Below are positions 54,337 through 64,000 of a DNA stretch of 64,000 bases, piece after piece. The stretch is taken from the NCBI GenBank assembly GCA_951406725.2, contig OX597830.1, positions 5,146,001 to 5,210,000 on the forward strand. Direction: 5' to 3'. The position numbers and the translations under genes are program-made. Under the pieces are notes generated by a model. That model was not told where the DNA came from. It saw only the letters and a program-made list of their open reading frames with translations, and did no database searches. Source of the DNA: Octopus vulgaris. Lineage: Eukaryota. Position 1 is the stretch's first letter; every line of letters begins with the position of its first letter.

Positions 54337-54724
54337 GTTGTATACTGTAAACTTAACGTGACAGTCCCATAAAGGGAATTACACCACTGCTATTTAGCCC
54401 TAGGAAGCATCAATGCTTCCTGTCGGCTTTGACACATTTCCTGTGTCCTTATGTTTACAAAGGGGAGACAAGCACCCCCAACAGCTAGGCCTGCATCCAG
54501 AGACATGACATGTTTCTGAGTCTTGCTTGTCATCAGTCTGCTGTAGCATGGACTGCAGCTGAAGATACCTGTCTAGGCTTTATAAACATATATATATATA
54601 TTTTTTCAGTAAGGACACAAGAAATGTGTCATGGCCGACAGGAAGCGTTGATGCTTCCTAGGGCTAAATAGCGGTGGTGCAATTCCCTCTATGGGACTGT
54701 CACGTTAAGTTGACAGCATACAAC
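54337..54724. mobile_element. Fold-back element: 115-bp inverted arms, 158-bp spacer (Penelope-like inverted terminal relic)
   Basis: 54337-54451 versus reverse complement of 54610-54724: 9 mismatches, no gaps; spacer holds a hammerhead motif and (TA)n. The repeat is certain, the class is inferred. Confidence 0.75.
54498..54540 (-). ncRNA. Minimal type I hammerhead ribozyme with decayed stem II
   Basis: Minus strand CAGA-CUGAUGA-caagcaagacuca-GAA-ACAU guc AUGU-C^UCUG: intact core, 4-bp stem I, 4-bp stem III, GUC site. Confidence 0.65.
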
Positions 54725-55029
54725 TGCTCTATCATTCCACCACCGCTCATATCTCTCTGAGATATTTAGAAATTTTATATTTCTAATTATGATTATATTT
54801 CATTTGACAGGAAGGAAAAAATCCAGATTCACACCTTCAAAATGCATTTTTGAAGCATTTTCTTCTTTTACTGGTTTCACTTGTTAGACTAAAGCCTTGC
54901 GGAAGCATTATCTGCATGGAATTTAGTTACTCGTATTGAACCCAGAAGATATAGGAATTAGCGACATATTTATTCATCTCTAGCAATTAGTTACATTAAC
55001 ATTTCTAATGATGCAACTTTATATATAGA

Positions 55030-55422
55030 CTAGCAGTATCGCCCGGCGTTGCTCGGGTTTGTTTCGACCCTTTAGAATTGGAATTTTTGAAAAGTAAAAC
55101 TTTTGCATTATGTAGCTTGTTATTCTCTTTAAGTGAACATTTTTCTGGTTGAAATACACTGAAAAATGGTAACACAGCAGTCAAAAAATCGTAAAAAAAT
55201 AGGGATTTTCATAGAAAAAAAGCACCTTTTTGATGTAAATAATTTTTGGTATTAACATAGTCCAATTTGAATTTTATCTTCTACAGAAGGAAGAGCAAAC
55301 CTTCTTCTATCATACTCTCAATTTTGGTCAACTTGTGCCGCAGGGTTTCAGAGGAGATAGTGTTAGTTGAAGGCTACCAAACCTGCCATACACAGACAAC
55401 TTCAGCTTTATATAGAGAGAGA
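55030..55422 (-). mobile_element. Non-autonomous Helitron (393 bp)
   Basis: Minus strand 5' A|TCTCTCTCTATATAAAG..., 3' GC-rich hairpin CCCGAGCAACGCCGGG (55042-55057) 8 nt before terminal CTAG|T; A-T target, no TSD. Confidence 0.8.
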
Positions 55423-55787
55423 TAAGAAGGGAAAAGAAGGGCAGATATAAATAAATCATTCAGTTTTAAACGAATTTGGTTAACCACAGCCAACAATCAG
55501 ATTCCAAGAAATGCAAGTACAAAACACATTCACGATAATCCTTCATGTATGACAAGATGATCCAAATATCATTTAGAAGAATTTTGAAAAATTCAGAGAA
55601 TTAGACAATAAAAATACGAATGGAGAAATTCACATCTTTAATTGTAGAATTCGCTTTAAAAAGCTGACAATTGTTTCTATTGTGTTAACATATTCAGATA
55701 CAAAAAATAATGAAATTAATATATCTCAAAATGTATGTTAACACATTTTTAAGACAATCCAAAATTAGTGAAATTCAAAGTGAACTT

Positions 55788-55824
<37 letters not shown>

Positions 55825-55953
55825 CTAATATAAGAAAGTAAAATTACGAAAAGAATAAATTATGTAATGAACTTCATTAGCTGACAGCTGTTTTCTGCTA
55901 TAAGATGCAATTCCCACATTGGTGAGTGCAGGTGATTATTAGTATGGCTCCCG

Positions 55954-55954
<1 letters not shown>

Positions 55955-56026
<72 letters not shown>
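55955..56026. repeat. (CT)n-(AT)n compound microsatellite
   Basis: Direct reading. Confidence 0.95.
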
Positions 56027-56031
<5 letters not shown>

Positions 56032-56042
56032 TTTAGATATAT

Positions 56043-56348
56043 AGGCGTAGGAGTGGCTGTGGGGTAAGTAGCTTGGGCAAGTGTTTTCCACTATAGCCTC
56101 AGGCCAACCAAAACCTTGTGAGTGGATTTGGTAGACGGAAACTGTATGTATATATTTATGTATGTGTGTCTGCGTTTGTCCCCCCAACATCGCTTGGCAA
56201 CTGATGCTGGTATATTTACGCCCCCGTCACCTAGCGGTTCAGCAAAAGCGGCCAATAGAATAAGTCCTGAGGTCGATTTGCTCGACTAAAGGTGGTGATC
56301 CAGCATTGCTGCAGTCAAATGACTGAAACAAGTAAAAGAGTAAAAGAG

Positions 56349-56350
<2 letters not shown>
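56043..56350 (+). mobile_element. SINE family A, internally deleted
   Basis: AGGCGTAGGAGTGGCTGTGGGGTAAG head; GACTGAAACAAGTAAAAGAGTAAAAGAGTA tail. Confidence 0.88.
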
Positions 56351-56407
<57 letters not shown>

Positions 56408-56480
56408 ATGCATGCATGCATGCATACATACATACATACATACGTACATACATACATACATACATACATACATACATACA
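56351..56480. repeat. (CA)n-(CATG)n-(CATA)n compound microsatellite
   Basis: Direct reading. Confidence 0.95.
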
Positions 56481-56684
56481 AGTGAGTAGACAAATGAAAG
56501 CAGGACACTCAACACAATAATTGGGAATTAGTTGTATGGATCAAAACATTTTGATTCAAATTCCTTTAGTTTCACAGTATGATGCAAATCCCCAGCTATC
56601 AGAAATTTGGAACTTAAAGCACTAAAAGAATTTGAATCAAACTGTTTTGACCTATATATTATTGTGTCTTGAGGAAATCATTCT

Positions 56685-56995
56685 CTTTTAGTCTGTGTTG
56701 TGGGGTGCATTCTTCACCTAGGAAGGTTTTGGCATTTATAAGCAGCCATCATCCCCATTTTCTGGCTAGAATGCAGTCAATCTGACAAGTGTGCCCACCA
56801 GATTGGCAGATGAACAGATGACTGGCAGGTTTCCTGAAGTTAGCATTGCAGATCATAAGGTTATTTTGCATCACAGAACTCCGGCAGCCTGGTTCCCTCT
56901 GCATTATGGGAAGCAAATCCTTTGCCACCAGCATGCCAAGGAAGCCACCATCCAGATGTCCAACATATCCACTGAAGTTACCAGCTACAAAGAGA
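56685..56995 (-). mobile_element. RTE LINE apurinic-endonuclease domain fragment
   Basis: Minus strand, across frameshifts: AGNFSGYVG..GFASHNAEGTRLPEFCD..NLMICNANFRKPASHLF..SGGHTCQIDCILARK..AKTFLGEECTPQHRL. Confidence 0.88.
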
Positions 56996-57294
56996 GGTTC
57001 CAGGAGAAAGAGAAGTTCCAGGAGAAAGACTTCCAGTAGAGGGGACAAAAGGACGAGATATGGTAATAAAGATGAGATTAAACAGGGGGAGAAACGAGTA
57101 ATTAACTTAATAAAATTATATGAGATACAATTAAAAATTATATTTTGAGGGGACATTTCCAATGGTTAGCTCATGAAAAAAAAAAACAACAAGCTGTTAG
57201 TAAATAATACATTTAAGATGTGAATGGTGAATGCATACAGGGATGGAAAATGAGATTGAAAGAAAGAATCTTAGCTTAGCTTCTTGGACATCGT

Positions 57295-58162
57295 TTGGCG
57301 AGGAGTTCGACACAATAATGGAAACACCTTAAAATTTCAAAAAAATTAATCTTAATATGGAGTAGGACCACCTTTGGCAGTAATTACAGCTTGAATTCTA
57401 CAAGGTATGGACTCATACAAAGTTTGAATTGTTTCCAAAGGAATTTTTGTCCATTCATCAGATAAAACAGTCTCCAGTTCTTGTAGTGATGATGGAGGAT
57501 ATTGACTCCTTACTGGTTTTTCTAAAGTGCACCTTAAATGTTCAATAATATTGAGATCTGGGGACTGTGGTGGCCAGATAAGATGTTCAACTAGAATTCT
57601 CCTCATGCCATTCAGAAACAACTTTAGATGTGTGAATTGGTGCATTATCATCCTGAAAGATTGTGTTTCCCCCTACAAACAGTTTCACAATGATAGGATG
57701 AATTTGATGAGATAAAATGCTTAAATAGTCTTGACTATTAATTCTGGCATGAAGGGAAACCATTGGGCATGTGGATTTCTGAGATACAGTCCCCCCCAGA
57801 TCATCATAGATACTTCTCCATGTTTAACAGCTGGAAGAAGGCAGTCTGGGTCAAATGCTTCTTTTGGCTGTCTCCACATATATAATCAGCTGGCGGCCAA
57901 AAGTAAGGTAAAGGATGACTCATTCAAGAGGACCAATTCTGTAAGTTTTTACTCCACTCGAAATGCTTTGCAACATTTGTTTTTGAAAGCTGTGGTTTTC
58001 TGATTGCAGCACTCCAGTGAAATCTTGCTTTGTGCAGCTCTTGGCAAACTGTTTTTCTTGAAACTGAGTTCTCGAAGTGGTCATTAAGCTCTGCAGTAAT
58101 TTTGGGAACTGTACTTTTGTGATCCTTTCTAACAATTCGTGTAAGAGTCCAACGGTCCCTAT
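57295..58162 (-). mobile_element. Tc1-type (DD34E) transposon, 5'-truncated and decayed
   Basis: Minus strand IFQDDNAPIH (~57633-57662), WPPQSPDLNIIEHL and C-terminal RIQAVITAKGGPTPY* (ORF 57352-57651). Confidence 0.92.
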
Positions 58163-58281
58163 CTAAAAGTTTTGGTACCTATACTCACACATATCTATAC
58201 AAACACATATGCATGAACATGCATACATACGTACACACATGCACATGTGCACACACAAATGCACACACACACAAACACATA

Positions 58282-59399
58282 CAGAGTGCATAAGGTGTTT
58301 GAGGACATACCACTTTGGGTCATTGCTGCATTTTTTGCTAACTCTGTATAATCTTTGTATCAGAAAATAAAGGCCGACCCTTAGCTTACTCAAGACATGC
58401 AGAGGCATGCTGTTTTTGTGGTTATAAAGGCTGGGCATAACGATTTAGAAATATCTTGAGTTTTAAAAGTTGCCAGATCTTTCATCTGCAGAGTTTGTAA
58501 GGAGCTAGAGATTGAAGATGGAAACATACGATCAGTATCAAAGCATAAAAACCGTTCTAAACACTCCGAAATCCCCAGAACACATGAACTTTCTGAGAGT
58601 TCAACAATCTCAGAAAGTCCATGGAGTCAATTGCAAAAGATCTCCATGTGTCAGAAGGAACAGTCAGAAATGTCTATGAAGACATCAGAAATAAGTGTTA
58701 TATTATGAGGAAAGGGGAATTTGTCAGAAAAAGCAAAAGAAAATCTCTACATCAGATCTAAAAGGCTCTTAAACAAACCGAAAAAATCCAGATGGTTTGA
58801 TTTGGTTTTTCTCAAACGAGAAAAACTTCCACCAAGATCAAAAAGTTAACAGAAGAAATGACAAATGGCTATGTGCAGACTCTTCTGACATAGTTTTAGG
58901 GGTTGTCAGCAATGAAGGATATGTAATGCCTCCTTACTTCTTTCCACAAGGCCTTTGAGTTAACTCTGCTGCCTACACTGAGATCCTGGAAATAATTGTT
59001 AAGCCTTGGATAGACCGTCTATGCAATGGAAGGCCATATGTGTTTCAGTAAGACTCTGCACTATCACACATGGCTCTAGTAACACAGGAATGGATGATTG
59101 AAAATTTTCATGATCATATGGCCTCTAACATTTGGCCTTCTAATTCCCCAGATCTCAGTCCATTGGACTATTACATGTGGAGCGGTGTTGAGAAAGAAGT
59201 CAATGAACATGCCCACAACAGCAAAGGTTCTATGAAAGCTGCCATAGTCAGAGTGATATTCAAAAGAAACCAGGACCACTTAGAAAAGAAGGTTATTTTT
59301 ATCTTCATAACATTTTTTGTTAAATAAGGATATTATCTGTTATTATATATCCGATTCTTTATAAACATAAATCTGTCCTCAAATATCTTATACACCCTG
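58282..59399 (+). mobile_element. DD37D (maT) transposon with both TIRs, transposase inactivated
   Basis: TIRs CAGAGTGCATAAGGTGTTTGAGGACA and (rc) CAGGGTGTATAAGATATTTGAGGACA; left TA; motifs FFSNEK, VFQ*DSA and SPDLSPLDY with exactly 37 residues between the second and third D. Confidence 0.93.
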
Positions 59400-59633
<234 letters not shown>

Positions 59634-61696
59634 GAAATGAGGTAATCAGAAGATCGGATGGTTTATATTTACAGATATTTATTTATATATTACATTTTTT
59701 ATATATATATCATATCATTTAGATCATTAGCGCTTTCTCTCATTCTAGTGGGGTTTTCAAATCAAAATAAGTTCCTTTGTGGGGAATTTTAATCATTTTA
59801 TAGAGTTTCGTAGTGGTGGGGAGGAATATAAGACAGTACAAGAGGATGAGATGGATGAGGAGAAAGTGAGAGAGAGAACAAGTGTGTATGTGTGTGTGTG
59901 TGTGTGTGTTTGTATCTGAGGTGAGTGCTAAAGAGAAAAAGGGGAAGGGAGAGGAAAGAAGGAGGAAATAATTTTTTTGGTCTGCTGGACAGAATATTGA
60001 CTCCAAGGGGGTTCTAAGAATTTCAGCTTTGACCACTTCACAGTTTCACTGAGTGTGTGGTGGCGGGGAGGCAGGCCATAAATTATATTTCCTTTTATCA
60101 TTGTGAGAATGGTCAAATGCTTTTTTGGGTTTAAGAATTCTTTCCACTTTTTATGATCGTTTTGTGGAAGTGTGTGTGTGTGTGTCTGTGTGTGTGTGTG
60201 TGTGTTGTGTGTGTGTGTGCGTGTGTGTGTCTGTGTGTTTAGAGAAGGGAAGAGAAACAAAAAAAGAAAAAGAAAAATAAGGGAAGAAGAGGAAAAAATT
60301 GTGTTGATATTTATACCACTATACCCATGCTAACGATGATGATGATGATGATATATATACATGCTTATACATGAAATATTAGAAAAAAAAACCTTTTATC
60401 GATTCAAAATGAACAACTAAATTACACCATCTTGAAAATTGTATATCACAGGAAGTTAAAATTAAAGTGACAATTAAAAAGTAAAGATGAAGTAAATTAT
60501 AAAAATAATATAATATATACACACACACGTATATATACATATACACACATATACTAAATGTTCTACTATATTAGATTGTAAATCGAAAGATGTGTCCTTC
60601 AATGTCACTATATATATATACATGCTTATACATGTATATATATATATATATACATACATACACAAGCTTCTGCATAGTTTCCGTTTATCAAATTCTTCTC
60701 ACAAGGTTTAAGTCAATAACATGAGATTGCACCATTTTATACATATCAGGAATCTGAATTGTAGACCAGGATTGAACACTTTAATAAACATTTACAGACT
60801 TAGAATTAGCTTCTTGTAGAATTTATTTTGCCTTTGTATTCATTTTTTTTTTTTATCTAAACTATTTTAATTCCAGTTAAGTCTTCTGATTGTTTTTGAA
60901 AACTTTCCATCTTTGTTCTGCTTTATTTTAATTTGATTCAAATATTTTCTTGCTTTTAGCCATTTCCATCATTCATGTATAATAAGAAATAATAAAAAAA
61001 ATCTACACAACAATGACAAATTGTTCTGAAGTCCATATTAAAAGGAAAGTTTGTATCATTCAAAGAATAGAAACATGAGATAGGATCTTTGTAATGTATT
61101 TGAAGCTATGTATTTATTCAAAATAATATTCAATATAGCAACTTGACTCAAAATACAAGACAAAAACACTGTGACAATTCTTAAACATCCACTTGAAATA
61201 ATGTTCAAGTCATGTTCTAATGGAAATGTATTTTACTTTTGCTCTAGAATATATCAGAAAAAAAAACCACCATCATTTACATAACCTGGTTTAATGGTTA
61301 TATATTTTCATATAAATAATTAGGTTTTCACAGGATTTAAATGCAAAATTTAAGAAAAAAATAAACCGAAAGAATCGGAAGAATTTTTATACATTCAATG
61401 TATTTTATTTAAGATGTTTTATATTGTTGCTGATAAATCGCAGACATTGAAAGGCAAGTCTATTGATTTATGAAAAAAACAAAAATTATTTCTCATAGAG
61501 AATTGTTATTTTACAATTGATGATTTAGGTTTCCTGTAATCAAAAAACAATAGTGAAGATATATAATGGAGATTTCTACTGTTATATTACTTTAGACTGG
61601 AGCATACATAATGGGAGGCATACACACTGGCTTGATGCATAGTTTTCATATTTTATTCTATATCAATAATCTGTTCTACACACACAAAGATTATTC

Positions 61697-61741
<45 letters not shown>

Positions 61742-61859
61742 ACCTATGTATACCACATTTAATATGAAAAAATGCATTAGATTTATATAATATACATGTA
61801 TATTAATATTACCTATGTCTATAAAAAGAAGTGTTATTTATACACACACATGTATCACC

Positions 61860-61990
61860 GTTCCAAGCTCTGCCTATTTTGGCCTGGCTTCTATGGATGG
61901 ATGCCCTTCCCTAACAGCAACCACTTTACAGAGTGCAGTGGGTGCCATTTTTTTTTTTTTTCACATGGTACCAGCCCCATCGAAGTCAGC
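61860..61990 (-). mobile_element. RTE 3'-UTR fragment
   Basis: GGATGCCCTTCCCTAACAGCAACCACTTTACAGAGTG. Confidence 0.65.
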
Positions 61991-62299
61991 AAGTAACCTA
62001 CAAGATAACCCCACCCCCACGAGAGGGAGTAGAATTGAGGTAAGTGGTTTGGTAGCAGGAGATGAAAGGTTAAAATATATGGGAACAGAGGCAAGTGTCT
62101 TGCTGCAGAGGATATACATGGTTACCAAAATTAGAAGAAAGAGAAGAGAAAGGAGAGGATGGTGAAGGTGTGTAAGGGTACAGGGAGGTGGATAGAAGTG
62201 GTACAGCAGATTCAATAGGGTTTACAGGTATTTAAGTTCATGAGAGAGCGAAAGAGTGGTAGATACAGCGGAGGGGAATGCAGTGAGTGGTGAACACAA

Positions 62300-62393
62300 A
62301 TACACATATTACGTGTGTGTGTGTGTATCTATGTATGTATATGTATGTATATATATATGTATCTATGTATGTATATGTGTGTGTGAGTGTATA

Positions 62394-62469
<76 letters not shown>

Positions 62470-62476
62470 TTTATAC

Positions 62477-62522
<46 letters not shown>
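62300..62522. repeat. TA/TG compound microsatellite
   Basis: Direct reading. Confidence 0.95.
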
Positions 62523-62524
<2 letters not shown>

Positions 62525-62589
62525 TGACAAAGGGTCGAGATACTTGGTGCCTTGCCGTACTCAAGAAGCAGAAGTATTAAGACTGATTC

Positions 62590-62822
62590 TTCTGGTGGTG
62601 TAAAGCACTTGCGGCACTGCCGCATAATAGTGCCGATGCGGTGCCATGTAAAAGCACTCAGCAAACTCTGTAAAGTGGTTAGCATTAGGAAGGGCATCCA
62701 GCCATAAAAACCCTACCAAATCAGACTGGAATCCAGTGTGGCTCCCCAGCTTGCAAGTTCTGGTCACATTGTGCAACCCATGCCAGCATACCATTGTCCA
62801 ACATACATTAAATGAAGATGAC
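62590..62822 (+). mobile_element. RTE 3'-tail fragment
   Basis: GTGGTTAGCATTAGGAAGGGCATCCAGCC..AACCCATGCCAGCAT..TTAAATGAAGATGA, reverse complement of the 3484-type tail. Confidence 0.8.
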
Positions 62823-63507
62823 ATACATACATACACACATCAAGACTGATGGTTCAAAGATATTTCAACCACGATCATCCTTACCTTTACACTTCTTGTC
62901 ATTATCAAGACAATGTATCTGGAACAACAGCATTCAACATAGTCTGTCCTTTTTAAGATAACAAGGCATAATTTGAGAAAGATTTCACTGTTATTTCTAA
63001 CAGCCTGAAAATTTAAGCTTACACAATGGCTGAAATACGCCACTTGCTTTCAAGTGGCAAAAACAAAGTCTCTCCTAAAATTTAGTTATTACCCTTAAAA
63101 CTAACCATACCATTTTTGAAATGTAACAGATTTAAATTTTCTTTTATTTTGAGTAGTTTTCTTTCCGGTTTGTCTTGATTTTTTTCTAGTTAATTTGAAA
63201 AAGAATTAAGTCAGAACTGCAGCTGATGAGTAAAATTAATTATTTTTAAGGAAAATACAAATCCTTAACAGAAAAATATCTTTCTTGTTGCTTGAATTTG
63301 TTTAGTGTTTGCTTTAAAAAACAGTTTATAATTACTGTTGAAAAAAATTGTTGGGTGTAGTTGAAAATTAGCCAATTTGAAAGTTCAGAAACTACAGCAA
63401 ATATTCAGTGCCATTCTTCAAATAGGAACAGAATAGAACAGTTGCAATTCATTAAAACATTCATTTAACCCATATCTCTCTCTCTCTCTCTTTCTCTCTA
63501 AATATAT

Positions 63508-63852
63508 ATTCTTTTATTTGTTTGTGATTTGACTGTAGCCATGCTGGAGCACTACCTTTAGTCTAACAAATCGACCTTAGAACAGTCTTTGTAAGCCAAA
63601 CCGCTAAGTTATAGGTACGTAAACACACCAGCATCAGTTGTCAAGTAATGTTGGAGGAACAAACACAAACACACACACACAATATATATATATATTTATA
63701 TACGATGGGCTTCTTTCAGTTTTTGTCTATCAAATCCACTCACAAGGCTTTGGTCAGACCGAGATAATATTAGAAGACTTGCCAAAGGTGCCATGCAGTA
63801 GGACTGAACCCGGAACCATGTGGTTGGTAAGCAAGCTACTTACCATACAGCC
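63508..63852 (-). mobile_element. SINE family A
   Basis: Near-collinear with 6478-6886 (GGACTGAACCCGGAACCATG..CTACTTACCATACAGCC). Confidence 0.88.
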
Positions 63853-64000
63853 TGAATCTCATATGGAAAGTGAACAAGAGTCTTGCAATTTTAAACAAGA
63901 TCATAATGGATATCATATACAAATGAGTGCATACTATATATTTAATTCACAAGTCATGAGGTCATTAGGAACTTTACAAAAGGTAGTTCTTTTTAATTTT

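Noticed and set aside
56791-57148. Plus-strand ORFs with an Arg/Lys-rich, protamine-like stretch
   Set aside because: Antisense to an RTE endonuclease fragment plus a short purine-rich repeat.

Overview
AT-rich, microsatellite-dense eukaryotic DNA, mostly intronic or intergenic. Its repeat content (tRNA-headed SINEs, RTE LINE tails ending in (GAT)n, Tc1/mariner/maT relics) most resembles an octopus genome; this is inference, not a database result. There is no intact long gene, and almost all ORFs in the track are repeat or microsatellite artefacts. Well-supported features are decayed RTE LINE pieces (RT domain 3.5-5.3 kb, endonuclease 56.7-57.0 kb), three SINE families (two copies with clear TSDs), a mariner, a Tc1, a TIR-bounded DD37D/maT element, hAT- and piggyBac-type MITEs and a non-autonomous Helitron. 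The probable 3' end of an unidentified + strand host gene is visible as a 39-nt phase-1 exon (10778-10816) and a terminal exon from 24625, followed by about 9 kb with no recognisable TE. The most interesting signals are three fold-back (inverted-repeat) elements, one carrying a minimal type I hammerhead ribozyme in its loop; a separate core-intact minimal hammerhead at 46440-46480; and an RTE-tail insertion at the apex of an 84-bp palindrome. None proves a new biological system: the fold-back/hammerhead units are best read as Penelope-like or retrozyme-like relics until tested.
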